Assembly: GCA_051362555.1 (NCBI GenBank)
Contig: CM120644.1
Location: forward strand, 12,608,567-12,672,566
DNA from: Lingula anatina
Taxonomy: Eukaryota > Animalia > Brachiopoda
DNA: 64,000 nt
Direction of reading: 5' to 3'
This document shows, piece after piece, positions 13,087 through 26,125 of this stretch. The notes below the pieces were generated by a model. The model saw only the letters and a list, made by a program, of their open reading frames with translations, was not told the origin of the DNA and searched no databases. A program made the position numbers and the translations under genes. Every line of letters starts with the position of its first letter. The first letter of the stretch is position 1.

Positions 13087-16000
13087 CTTATTTGCAATAT
13101 TAAACAAAATTTACCTGCATAATTATCACTGCTTCCTTATTATTAATCTAGCAGAGAGCTTAACCTATGGGAGTTTACAGGGAAATATCAACAAGTGTGC
13201 TTTATGTAATCTCAAATCACAAGTGTGCTTTATGTAGCCTATCAATTAGGCAAATTAGTTTATAACTGAAATTAGCGAAGTGATACCCAAGGGAAATTTA
13301 TAGACTGACCCTCTCAAAGGTCTTTCAGGCCCATAAGTCACAACTTAAGAAGAGCACAAAACAATAATGCACAAAATAGGAGACTACCACTTCTGATGCA
13401 ATAATACATTATGTTTAACTGCACAGTCAACATCAAATTTTAATTTTGCACAACAGGTAACACCGATGAAAGTAAAAGCATAAGGCTTCAGGCCCATCAG
13501 AGTTCAAGTTTATACTTAGAAAGTGCCAGAATGAGAAAAATGAAATTTCACACAAAATTGCATTAAATTCAATAATAAATGATAACCCATTTGACCTGGC
13601 TTTCTAATTTGAACTGCATGCCAATCCTAAAAATCATACTCTTAAGTTAAATATAATAATAAATAACACAGTTTTCTTTTCATAATGTTTGCAGTAGCAG
13701 TGCAAAAAGATTATTGTCAATTTTGATGTAACATTACATAATAAATTATAGAATAATTATCACCAATTTTTGATTATTGACTATAAATAGCATGAACATG
13801 TAGAAAATTTGATTACCATCCGGCTTCATGTCCATGGGAGCTCCGAGTCCCACAATGAATATGCCAAAAAGATAATGAATATTTCATTAAAATGTATAAC
13901 TTCCAGAAAAAGAAGCCCATTAGACTGCTTTTCCAACTTGGGCTGCATTTTAGTCCTGTGTTTCTTTTTTGAAAGTTTGACAATCATAAGTAACACGGTT
14001 TTCCCATCATGGTCATCATGGCAGATGTGGATGATTGAATCTGACAAACTGCAATGATATGAGTTTATTTCCGTTTTGGACACTTGATTACACAATACAT
14101 GATAACAAGTTTACCATCATTTTTACATAATCAACTAACAATGTTGTAAAGATGCAGGAAATATCAAACACACACTTTTACGTATCTTATTAGTTCAATA
14201 ATGAGACTGTTAACATGCCTAAGAATTGAATCTGAGGAAATTTGAAAAAACAGTACAACTTCTAAAATAATGGCCCGATAACACTGATTTTCGAACTCAA
14301 CCTGCACTTTTGTAAGATTGACCACTCCTGTGAGTATAATGACAATTGGCTAAGCTGTTTTTCTTATATTGTGTTATTAATGTTGCATATATGTTGAAAA
14401 AAGTGAAAAAAACAGCATAAAAAATACCAATAAAGCTGCTATTCAAACTTTTAATCTAGCTGTACAATTACTAACATGATATGAATAACCCTATTGAGTT
14501 TGAGAATAATAAGGCACTGTTATTCATCTTTAGCAATCTTTAATGTAAGCGTTACACAAATTTTTTTTTGTAAACTTATTTTCCATATTAAATAACATTT
14601 ACCTGCATAATAATCATCGATTCCTAATTATGTGACACAGTTAAGAAAGCTAAACCGATGGGACTTTACAAAGAAATCTCAATGTGTGTTTATGTAATCT
14701 CATTTAATACCCACTTGAAATTTAATTAAGCAAATTATTTTATAACCCTGAAATAACTTGAAAATCAATTAAGCAAATTATTTTATGACTGCCTACTATC
14801 CATATACATTTATTGCACCAAATAGCACTGTACTGCATTGCTTTCAAAACAGAAAACAATTACGATGGTTTTCCAACACAAGCTGCACTTCAGTCTTTTC
14901 AGTAAGGTTGATTATCATAAGTAACATGGTTTTCCCTTAATCGCTATCCTGGCAGCAGTGTCCAAAATAGGGTTTTCTTTAACTTTCATGCAATATAACA
15001 TAATACTTAACAGCATAATGACCATCAAATTTTTTATAAAAAAATAAAAGTATCATGGATATTCAGAAAATGTGATATGGAAAGGTCTCCAAGGACATGG
15101 AAGTTAGGGTCACACTTTCAAAATGCCAAAATGTTAACAAGAGATAACTGTACTGAAATGATTTTCTTTCCATTTTCAACACCTTTTTTACATAAAACCA
15201 TCATCAATTAACTGTCATTTTTAAATGATCAACTAGGAAAATTGTTGACATAGGAAAAATATCAATAGAACAATTTATAATGTCCAATTAGCTCCATTTG
15301 GAGATTCTGAACATAGTGAATGATTGAATCTGACGAACTGCAATGATGAGTTCCTTTCCATTTTTGATACTTTATTACACAATGCAGGATAATAGGTTTA
15401 CCGTCATTTTTATATAATCAACTAACAATATTGTTAAGAAGCAGAAAATGTTAAAACAACACTTTAACATATCCAATTAGTACCGTTATGAGACTGTTAA
15501 CATGCTTAAGAATTAAATCTGAAGAAAAACCACTTATATACAAAAAGGCTAATAACTTCATCAAAACTTAACTGATCAAGCTTATTTTCAAACTTGATCT
15601 GTATACTGGTCAGATTGATCACTCCTGTGAGTTGCAAGACAAAAGGCTGATGGTTTTCCTTAAAATGCGTTATCAGTGTTGCATGTATGCTGAATAAAGG
15701 GAAAAAAACAGCATTACTTTTGTAAAAATAGTCCAATCATGCCAATTTTCAAACTTGACCTGCGTATTATAAATATTCACCAGTTCTGTAAATTTCAATC
15801 CAAGGAAAGGAAAAACATTTTTACACTTATCATGTTATCGGTGTTATAAAAGTGCTGAAAAAATTGAAAAAAAAAAAAAAAAACAGGATAACTTCCATAA
15901 AAATTGCCCGATCTTGCTGATTTTCAAACTTGACCTGCGTATTATGAATATTCATTAGTTCTGTAAGTTTCAAGCCAAATGAAAAAACAGTTTTCCACTT

Positions 16001-17233
16001 ATTGTGTTATCAGTGCTGCATATATGCTGAAAAAAGTGAAAAAACAGCATAAATTCCCTAACAATAATCGAATCATGCTGATTTTCGAACTTGACTTGCG
16101 TATTATGAATATTTATCAGTTCTGCAAGTTTCAAGCCAAAAGGTAAATTGGTTTTCGACTTATGGTGTTATCGGTGCTGCATATATGCTGAAAAAAAGTG
16201 AAAAAACAGCATAAATTCCCTAAAAATGACCCAATCATGCTGATTTTCGAACTTGACCTGTGTATTATGAATAGTAATCAGTTTTGTAAGTTTCAAGCCA
16301 AAAGGTAGAATGGTTTTCCACTTATCGTGTTATCAGGGTTGCATATATGCTGAAAAAAGTGAAAAAACAGCATAAATTCCCTAAAAATGACCCGATCATG
16401 CTGATTTTCGAACTTGACCTGCGTATTATGAATATTCATCAGTTCTGTAACTTTCAAGCCAAAAGGTAAAATGGTTTTTCACTTATCGTGTTATCGGTGC
16501 TGCATATATGCTGAAAACAGTGAAAAAACAGCATAAATTCCCTAAAAATGACCCGATCATGCTGATTTTCGAACTTGACCTGCGTATTATGAATATTCAT
16601 CAGTTCTGCAAGTTTCAAATCAAAAGGCAAAATGGTTTTCCACTTATCGTGTTATCGGTAAAAGTGCACGGCGACGGCGACGGCGACGACAGCGACGACG
16701 GCGACGGCGACGACAGACGCAGATGATGGCTATATGTACAGACACATCTGTGTCTGTACATAAAAATTGCCCGTAAGGGCGAAATAATTATTTTTCGCAG
16801 AATCTGCTGCCATGGGTCATAATTAGGTCAACCATCTCTAACACCCCATTTCCATAGATTAGATCGACCTACTTTAGATCGACCTAACTCCCTGGGGGTT
16901 CACGCTAAATAGCTGTCAGCCGGGCGGACACGAAAGTTAATTACCCACTTACAGCTTGTAGTAGGCAGGAAGGACATTTAAGTCGGATTATCTGAAAGTA
17001 ATCTAGTGAGACTCCCCACGGGGATAGATCGATCTAAAATCTATGGGAATAGAGCCTAGGTGCGAATATAGAAACACCAAACAAAAAGATTTAAATCTGT
17101 AAAAATGTTTTACTTCCATTTACATTTGATTTAAATAAAAAAAATAAATAAAGAACACTCACGCTTTCTTGATCTCTGCATCTGGGGCTGATCTCGACAC
17201 CTCGAGAACGTCGTAGTAGTCCAGTGATGGCAT
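1..17233 (-). CDS. DNAJB6: DnaJ/Hsp40 class B chaperone, DNAJB6/DNAJB2 (Mrj) family; 3' part lies beyond the window start
   Basis: Phase-compatible GT-AG exons: 17233-17163 ([24 protein letters not shown]), 10420-10311 ([39 protein letters not shown] motif), 8656-8492 ([10 protein letters not shown]...[20 protein letters not shown], the DNAJB6/B2/B8 signature), 5813-5675 (G/F-rich), 2400-2194 (probable cassette) and 57-1 ([18 protein letters not shown], start of the S/T-rich region). DNAJB6 versus DNAJB2 cannot be resolved from sequence alone. Confidence 0.9.
653..989. mobile_element. 337-bp non-autonomous DNA transposon (MITE), Kolobok-like, copy 1
   Basis: TIRs AGGGATAATAACTCTTCGT / ACGAAGAGTTATTATCCCT, with TTAA on both sides (649-652, 990-993). 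AGG...CCT termini plus a TTAA target fit Kolobok better than piggyBac. Confidence 0.8.
1961..2165. repeat. Degenerate ~46-bp minisatellite (4-5 units) containing GTTGCNNAGCAAC-like palindromes
   Basis: GTCACCTCAGTTGCC..GCAAC recurs, with palindrome starts at 2005, 2051, 2097 and 2138. Confidence 0.65.
2194..2400 (-). CDS. Probable in-frame (phase 2-2) Arg/His-rich exon of the DNAJB6-like gene
   Basis: Acceptor CTTACAG, donor AG|GTGAGT, 207 nt, open in the frame set by the flanking exons: [29 protein letters not shown]...QQADNQ. Confidence 0.7.
6461..6797. mobile_element. 337-bp Kolobok-like MITE, copy 2
   Basis: Near-identical to 653-989 and in the same orientation. TTAA at 6457-6460 and 6798-6801; the left TIR is slightly mutated (AGCAATAATAACTCTTCG). 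Confidence 0.8.
8744..8781. repeat. (AAT)n microsatellite
   Basis: Visible directly in the sequence. Confidence 0.9.
10029..10185. repeat. ~20-bp minisatellite TCCATCCA(G/T)GCTGACAGTCC
   Basis: About 7 degenerate units in a DNAJB6 intron. Confidence 0.75.
12772..12956 (+). mobile_element. Short HINE/DINE-like element nested in copy A
   Basis: Starts AACTAGAAAAGCACTCCGAGAGTGCAGACCTCTGCCAAGG and ends AACCTCCTTGGCAGAGGTAA, inverted to the 5' subterminal repeat. It occupies the same position in copy B (40681-40914), and a separate 5' fragment lies near 25788-25820. Confidence 0.7.
13005..13085. repeat. (TA)n microsatellite
   Basis: Visible directly. Similar tracts occur at 19986-20061, 51259-51310, 53117-53188 and 60666-60710. 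Confidence 0.95.
15580..16660 (+). repeat. 161-bp tandem satellite array (~6-7 units) inside HINE copy A
   Basis: CATGCTGATTTTCGAACTTGAC recurs at 16074, 16236, 16397 and 16558, with more diverged units upstream (~15590, 15738, 15913). Confidence 0.9.
16845..17057. mobile_element. Degenerate ~210-bp MITE-like inverted repeat
   Basis: ATTTCCATAGATTAGATCGACCTA... is paired imperfectly with ...TAGATCGATCTAAAATCTATGGGAAT. No clear TSD. Confidence 0.45.
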
Positions 17234-19982
17234 GGTGATGGCGGTGCATCCAAGGTTACCAGGGGAATGATGGGATGCCTATTTCAGGCAGTGGGGAAGT
17301 GATGACGCCCTAATCTACCTCACCAGGGGAGTCTGGAATGACAGGAGATGATAAATTTAAGATAATGTTACAGTAATAGCACTTAGATACACATGCATGC
17401 GCGTGCACACGTACACAGTGTACCAACATATCATATGCTGCACTTGATATATATATATATATGTATATATATACAAAAACGTTGTCAGAAAAAATATCAA
17501 CTAAAATGTAAGCAGCCAAATTTGTTTTGTTAAACTAGGTACCTTTATCTATCTTCACAAGTTATATTTCTCAGTACATGTCTCTGACATATATGCTCGT
17601 TCTCTCTCAAAAAGGCAGCTAGCTCAAAAACTGGTTACTAATAGGAAATAACTGGTTTATTTGCCAACACCCTTCAGGAAGAAAGCTCAACTTTTTATTG
17701 GTCTTGGTTATATTGGGTAAATTCAACGAGATAACAATATCATCATTTTTTCATTTTTTATAAATTTAATTTTTTTCTTTAACGTTCATACGTTAAGAAA
17801 TGACACCTAAGGCACTTATATAGACAAGCTACACTGTAACCTAAATCTTAGACTAATACAATATCATGGAGTTTATTTTGGTCATCACATTTATGGTTAA
17901 ATTTTACAACATTTGACTTAAAAAGTCCTACAACAATCTGAAGACACAAAAGAAAACCCTGCAGTTATTTTGGCTAATATAATGATCTATGTACCTAGTT
18001 TTCTTAGCATATGTGCCGCTTTTCCACCAACTCTTACATCAACAGTGTAATTAATCTGACATAAGAAAGATGCGACAGACTGAAAGTCAGCAAAATGTTA
18101 TTCAATGTAAATAGCCTACAGACACATCGACTATTTTTTCAATTATTTCCTTTAGTTTTGAAAGACGGACTTTGGACTTAGTAAGACAATGACAAAAGGT
18201 GCAGTTAGGTAAGAAGTTAGGACTGGACCAGCTTAGGTAAGAATTAAGTCACCATTATAATTCTAACAAATCGTTTTCAAGTAAACAGCAATAAATAAGT
18301 AACTTACAATATATCACCTACAGCCCAAAATTCATACTCCTCTCCTCAATGCAGTTTTGTGCAGAAAAGAAGTTCTCAGAATTTACATAATGGTGGAAAC
18401 TTTATTTGACTTTTTTAAAAGTAACAGAACCAAAATAGTCTGTTTTTCATAACTTCACTTGAACATCTACGTAATACTATAAGCGATCGGCAAAACTGTC
18501 CTACTTTCTGTGTCTGGAAAAAGCTCTAGATGTGCCCCATGGACATACCATGTATTTTACACCTTGAAAACAGGATCAGTTGGCAGGTATTCTAATACAG
18601 ACCAACTATAAACCATACACCATCTACCTCACATAAACACCTACAAAAAGCTGGTGCTGAACAGTTTATTCTGGCTTATTTTATGTCCCCATATATGTTA
18701 AACCATAAAATCTACGTTTTGCTGCTTTGGACGGAACATTTATTTTGATAAAGTGACTGAGTTTCAATATTAAATAAATAAGTAAATAAATAAATAAGCA
18801 TCCCTTTAAAAGTCAACTGCACTGCACAGCTAATACTTCTTCAGAATCTCACAAACTTCCATTCATTTGTCAAATAATCAATTTGTGGTTCACAACAAAC
18901 ATCAAGGCACACTCAGCAGTATGCCTGCCTCACTGTGTATTTTTGCAAAAGAAGACCGCAGATTTTCATTTGTATTTGGAGAAAAAGTATTGTTCTTGGC
19001 TGAACCCTGCAATGCATTTGCTATATAATATAATAAATAATTCACGAAAACCACAACTCAACCTTACCATCCAGGCATACTCAACATACAAACCCTGGAG
19101 CTGCAATTAAACACATTTTAAAGCAAGACTTTTAACATTTCAAAGTAAGACTAAGTTCACACTACTGGTTTGAAGCTAATAAAATTTAAAACGCTTCAGC
19201 AAAAACTACATTATTTAACTGCAAAGAAATTGAATGTGTTAGGCTCAGTTGTACTTTCCCGTGCAAAACTAGTAAATATTTAAAATTAATTTTTATGTGA
19301 CAAATTTTTCAAGTTTTTACAGTACTGTGTACAGCCTCCATGGTACCCTGGATATTCAAATATCTATATGTGATGAATTTATCTGTCAAGCTGGTATTGA
19401 ACTTGATGAACTAAGGCTGCAATACTTCTACCTGTGAAACTTCAAAGTCATCTGTACAGACCTTTTGATGACATTGTTATAGTAAAGATATCTGGCAGTA
19501 AAGAAATCATTATTATAAATCATGTGAAAAATTATGGATTGGGTTATGAACAACTCCGTATATTAAAAAAACATTGATCTAAACCCTTTCATTTCCTCTT
19601 TACCTCCCATTATCTGTAAGTTGAGTAGAATTTATACTGTATGCTTTTTTTTTAGTTATGAGATATGGTGGTAGTAATTTGTACAATAAAAAAAGGGATC
19701 ACCTGCTCTCCACCCATCTGTACATACACAGCAGTGTCCTTATTCCCCTTCTTGGCACTCCTCCCATCTCAGATTTATCTCAGGTAGAACCAGTTAGCTA
19801 AGCTGGGGTACTTTTTTTTTTTCTTTTTCTTTATAGAACATTATTCTTGAATATGAATCCCCATGGTTCAGAGCCCTGACAAACTGCAGGGTTTGGAGGA
19901 GTGTGGGGTCAGACATAATGGCAGACTATAGCTAGTGATCTGAGTGCACTGTGCAACAGGGAAGAGAAGCTAACAAATTATC

Positions 19983-20076
<94 letters not shown>

Positions 20077-20371
20077 GGGGTTTGTTTTTTTTTTCTCTGA
20101 AGGTCTGTCGGATTTGAGTCCATTTCACAACAGTACAAATTCACAGTGCTTTGGGTGTGATTTCTGTATTTCTTTTTTAAATGTAATTCCCAACACAAAG
20201 AGTTTCACCCCTATCGGTGGATTCTCACATGGATTGTGAAGACTTATTTGAAGTCTTATTTCAGGCTATCTTGGATTACTTCCAAAAGAACTGTACAGAA
20301 TCAAGTGATCAGAGCGTAGCCTTTTAATTACTATTAAAACACCTTAACCATGCTACATATGTTGGACAATT

Positions 20372-20458
20372 AAACTAGGCAGCAAAGCTGTCAAATGCAC
20401 AGACACAAAGCACAAATAAATGTTGCTACCGCATAAGAGTTGTGTCTGTACATAAAAA
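20372..20458 (+). mobile_element. ~85-bp ends-only derivative of the HINE family
   Basis: AAACTAGGCAGCAAAGCTGTCAAATGCACAGACA (5' end of A/B) is joined to TGTGTCTGTACATAAAAA (3' end of A/B). Confidence 0.7.
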
Positions 20459-20872
20459 CTATTGAGCTAGGTGTTTCTCACATGACAAGTACTTTGTAAC
20501 TATTTGGCACTGAGCACAGTATTGTCACTGAGATCAGAGGTCCATCACAAACAAGCTTCAAAGGCAAGTTACCCACGAGAAAGTTAAACCATTACTGTCA
20601 ACATCCTTCAATTTACTGTTTATATTATGGTAACTGGTCTTCTTACCTTGTTTAAGTTAGCATGGCACTGTATCATAACATTTTAGATGATGTTTGGTAA
20701 GCAAATCACAGGAGTGAAATGATTCTTGTCACTGTTTTAAAATATCAATTCCCCTGCGCAGTTACTCATTTTTACCTGTTAGATACTGATTACCTGTGAT
20801 AAAAACTCATATAAATATCATCGAAAGTCCTTCAAAAAGATAAAGATCCAAATCACCTATTAGTTCTAGTAA

Positions 20873-21867
20873 GGCCACACTTTTTTATTTTTATGGATGA
20901 CATCCTCTGGGTACCCCAAAATCGGTGCGAGAGGGCGAAAAAAAAAAAAAAACGGTCCAAAAAAAAAAAAAAAAAAAAAAACTGCTTAAGTAAAGGAATG
21001 CCGTCAGTACACAGCTGGAAACACAAATTTTACCACAGAAACACGTATCAAACTAACAATATGTCTTTATCCATGCTCTCAAAATATTAAAGCATTGTGA
21101 ATACTTCGTAGAAATGTAAAAAAAAGTCATGAATAGATATACTTTTTATTACAAAATCTATTAAGGTTATTTCATGCATTTTGTTGGTATAGCAATCAAT
21201 AAAACAAATATCAAACAAACAGTGTGTCTTTATTCGTATTGTCAGGATATTAAAGCATTTTGAACACTTCACAGAAATGTTTAAAAAAATGATGCAAAGA
21301 TATGCTTAATACTACCAAATCTATTAAAGGTCATTTCGGACGATGCCATTTTGTCTACTTCGACTCACACGGCCAAACTGTCAGGTGGCCTGTCCGACCT
21401 TCAGCCCACCAAATACCTCGACGCCCTTGTCGACCCTTTTTTCGCTACAGAAAACCTGGTAGCCTATGTGCTGCTTTGTACAGAATGTCACTGAAATTTT
21501 TCGGGCGATAATCGCTGGCGGCCGCCAGCCTTTCGCACAATTGTAAAAAGGTGATATCTCCATGCCCAATATCAATGGCATACCAATCCAAAACGACGGC
21601 ACCCGTTCTCTTTATGACTTTAATTGTCGTGTAATTTGAAAGTTATCCTAGAGATGAATTTGACGGCAAAGCGGCCACATTTCCACGTGGCGATAATACG
21701 CATGCGCAGAAAGCTCATTTCCTGGCAAATTCACTAATGACGTTTGCGCCAACCGACTTCGTTGGGGGCTGGGGGGGGGGGGGGGGATTTTTTTTTTTTT
21801 TTTCGGAGAACGGGCGAAAATCGGTGCGCGCGCAGGATGTCATCCATAAAATTAAAAAAGTGTGGCC
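20873..21867. mobile_element. 995-bp non-autonomous PIF/Harbinger-type element
   Basis: ~34-bp TIRs GGCCACACTTTTTTATTTTTATGGATGACATCCT / AGGATGTCATCCATAAAATTAAAAAAGTGTGGCC, with TAA TSD at 20870-20872 and 21868-21870. Confidence 0.85.
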
Positions 21868-24800
21868 TAAGCTCATTAAAAATTTTTTTCTGACCAATTC
21901 ATAACTGATATGTGTAAAAAATTAATGATAAATTTGACTTCAAAAATAAAGAAAAATAATTCTATGTAATTAACCAATGTGCTGTTTGAGTGTGGAGATA
22001 CATACAGGAGTGGTATTTTCCCAAACATGACATAAACCACTGTATTACATCTAAATTACATGACAACCTCACCTGTGCCTACGTTGCACCTATAAAATAC
22101 AGGTCGAGATATCAGTGTGCTACATCTTAACCAGCAGTTCCTGCATGCCACATACATAATCAGCTTTTGAAAGGCAAGCCCAAACCTTGATTTCAACCTA
22201 CAACAGTTTTGGTCAAAATACTGCAACCAGGCAACCGAAAAGTTATACTGGTGATTTAGTGTAGTTCACAGACAATCAGATCATTCACTAGTGACTTTAA
22301 AATTGCACTCTTTTTTTTAAAGTGCACCAAGAACCTCCCAAATCACTAAAATTTTGAAAAAGAAGGGCCTTGTACAATTTAAGCATTAAGCCTTACACCA
22401 AACCAGCAGGTACCATGCAAGCAGCATCTAAAAATCTTAAGTTACTGTCTCCTCCACTCAACCGTTTCTATGATTTAAAAGATATGTACTGAGGCTCTTT
22501 TTCAAGAGCCCTTTTCAAGAACTCAACTCTTCACCTTGGTGACTTCTATTATCATGATTATTGCCACACTCTGTTCCAGACAGACTGTTTTCTTTACATC
22601 AGCCAGACAAACATGGAGGTCTGCTAGCTGGCTTATCAAGTCACCTGAAGCCACTTTAGTCTTTGTTAAGGTTGGGAGTTTTCTATTACCTATAGCAGCA
22701 CCTTACCAGCATGAAGCACATACACAATATTACCTGCTTCAATGAGTAACTGTAGATGGTTTTTATTGGAATTGGATCCCCAAATATATATTACCTGTTG
22801 GGGCAGACTATTTACCCTCCTACCCCCCCCCCCCAAAAAAAAAATATTAATAATAAAATTAAATAAATAAATTAATTAATAAATAATAATAATAATAAAT
22901 AAGTATAAAAGGTAAGGGCTGAATAAAATACTGGATTATTTTTGGGTGATAATTGGTTTAAAAAGTAACTGTTACAGTAGTGTATATGCTTCTCACATAT
23001 ATATTTTGAACTGTTTAATACAGAGCGTGCTAAAATGGACCAGTTATTGCATTACAGCATTCAGAAACCTTACTAGTACTTCTACCCCATACCAAAATGC
23101 TGAGAATATTAACACAAAACTGGGTCCAGTTTCACAAAATAAATAATTTAAAAGATAAAAGTTGTTTTTACTTTTGTTTAGAAAGATTGCTACATCTGTC
23201 TGCCACCAGATCAATATTCATAAACATTCAAGGTCAAAATAACCACATACTGTACAGTGTATATCAATTATCATTCTAATTAAGCACATGGAACTCATAT
23301 GAGCATATATCAAGATGAACATTCACACAATGCTATTTCAAATTGAGTGCATGAAGGATTCACATGTCTCTTTAGTTATATACTACAGTAAAAAATAACC
23401 ACAAATCATAAATATGTTGTTCAGCACATAAAGATCCAATGAGCATAAAGTTAATGTGAGAGTTCAGAATACTAGACGCATTACCACAAGCCAAGTCCTT
23501 GAGGGCTTCACATGTCTACTGGTAATAAAACAAGTCTCATCTTTTCACATGTTCACCTCAACCTGATGCCAAAGGTATGAATTCATATACCTTATAGTAT
23601 ATATGCCAAGCATTGTTGACCTGCCAGGAATATTGGCAAATGAGGTAACATGACGATAATGTTTATACCTGATGTTTATATAAATATATACACTGGGCAA
23701 GTGCACAGTATATAATGGTGACGTATCACAGATGATGTTTAACAGGGATGCGCATCTTGGGTTGTTACCAGAATATATGTTTTCATTTATGGCTCTGGCT
23801 GGTAAAACATTTACGGGAAATATAGCCAGATGTTTAGCTCATAGTCATATTTGAGTTAAATATTTTTTAACAGTAATGACTCTAAACGTGACTTGAAATA
23901 GGGATTACCTGTATCAAATTTCACCTTAAACTGAAATTAATGAACACCCTAAAACAAAATCCAAAGCATTCTTTAAACTACTCAAGTCAACCATTAATAA
24001 TAAGGCAGCAAGCAAAGAACCAGAACTTAATCAAAACACAAAATGACAACTTACAAAAAATACCTTCAAAACCTGGTCTTCTCCTCGGACTTCAGAAATA
24101 CCTGCCAAGTTAATTCCGAAATACAGCAACCACACAAATCTTTATATTCCTATATATTATGATAGCAACCCTGAATGATTCAGACTTCAAAAGATAAACA
24201 CAACATCACTTTCTCCCATCCTAGCTCGCTTTTCGCTGGGAAGGTACCTTGAAGTACCTTGGCGTAATCGAGGATAAATGTCAACATACTTGCCAGCAGC
24301 AGATATATTTAAACCATCCGCCCACCACAACTCACACATATTCACCATTGGGGCACATCATATTTCCACTAGCTGTACATTAATCTTATCCTGATTCATA
24401 GTAGGGCCTATGATATATTGTGATTCACAGAGTGCTTAGGTCATGTATGTTACGTCAGCTAACCAGGGGCAGGGCCCATACTTAATCATGCAAGGGCCCT
24501 TGTGTATGTTACATCAGCGGACTATATAGGAAGATTCTTTATTATTTCCATTAGAACCTCACCGTCGGTGCATTAATATACTGGGTTATAGGATACAGGT
24601 CAAAAACATGTCACATGCCATAAAAATTAATATATAGTTTCAGTACCAGTGATTCTAATATATGAAGTTACTAGTAAATGGGAAGTCTTCACCTCCATGC
24701 ACACACATACACACACACACACACACACATCTTTTCCAGTATATTATATATATCTCAAGTCAAACAAGGCCAAAATGTTTGGTCTGAAATAATTCTGTAA

Positions 24801-26078
24801 AACTTGCCATAGTGCTAAGCCTACCTGGGCTTAACCTGCATTACCACTGTGAGAGCAGGATGACACACGCATGCTATAAATACATATCCCACTGCTGCAC
24901 TGCAGGAGTAGAACCTAACCACTACCAGACTATACCTTGGAGGAGCCTCTTTCACTGGGCCAAATTTGTGGATTGTTTTCCTTTAATTATCAAGGCAATT
25001 TACCTTTATCCGTGTTTTGACCTTTGCCATGGCAAAACCGTCAAAGTATCTTTAGAGCAAATACAAATAACGAGGAAGAGCCCTTCTCAGTTTTTCTTAT
25101 AAATTTTTGCGATCATCTTAGAAAATTGAAAATAAAATCCAACCAATCAGGTGCATATATTGTTTTAGTAGCTCAAGTTGAGGCAGTGCAAGTTTACAGG
25201 ACTGCCAAAATTGTAGTTCTCAAAACACTTGCGTAAGTTTGTCTTGTTTTCAATAATAAAATATGTACACCTAAAAATAGAGAAACTGTAGTCAAAAATA
25301 CACCGTCAAAATCAGCTAAAAACATGCAGAGTTGGCATGCCTAGCCTCTGACTGTCTGGTAATAAGGCCACATTCAGGCCATATTCACAATCATTTGCTG
25401 CGCTGATTAACTAGTTCGCAGATCAAATATGGCGCACATTTGACAATTGATTCTCTCACTTGCCATCCCAGCAGGGGCAGAGCAATTAAATCTTTGCAAG
25501 CTTTCAAGAAGGTCACACCATATTTGATCCACAGACTAGTTAGTCTGGGGATCAACTGGTTGTGAACACTGCCTAACAGAGTTATAAAGACAAGCAGGTG
25601 AGGAAATGTTTGCAAAGTTCTGCAATGAATACACCTCAGACAGAAGATAGCTTGGTTCAGTTAAAATACACGCCTCAGGCACGGGTGCTGCACTTTACTG
25701 ACTAGATACCTCTTCTTCTGACCTTGTTTACAGTGCAGGTAAAAGAAAAGGTATCATGTTCTTGGCATATAGTAGATACCACTTGAAAAGCACCCTGAGA
25801 GTGCAGACCTCCACCAAGGCTGCTTAGTTCTCATCATTAATACACAATTATTCAGAATTGCATCGCCATCAATATCTAACCGATTCAGAGTTGGCCCATT
25901 TCAGACATCTTTTGAAAATATGAACCCTAACTTTTCAAGGCCAGTGGGGCTTCTCCATACACAGACCCAATCACTATGATAACCCTCTCTGGTAAAATAC
26001 AGGCATATTCCTCTGCAGCCAAGCCACTTAGTAGAAAACCACACAGCAATTAATTAATCTGTTAAGCCTTTGGTGACT

Positions 26079-26125
<47 letters not shown>

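Larger units (their letters stand above)
12200..16764 (+). mobile_element. ~4.5-kb non-autonomous Helentron/HINE (DINE-1-like) element with internal satellite, copy A
   Basis: 5' end AACAAGGCAGCAAAGCTGTCAAATGTACAGACA (subterminal repeat TGTACAGAC). The 3' end has a (CGA/CGG) microsatellite followed by a 14-bp-stem palindrome TATGTACAGACACA-TC-TGTGTCTGTACATA (16733-16762). It sits in an A-run with no TSD, and its reverse-complement homologue is at 37491-41476. Confidence 0.8.

Noticed and set aside
12908-13237. ORFs with IYIYIY runs (also 19932-20198 and 53023-53233)
   Set aside because: These are translations of (TA)n microsatellites.
16508-16726. 72-aa ORF ending in GDGDGDD
   Set aside because: It derives from the satellite unit and terminal microsatellite of HINE copy A.
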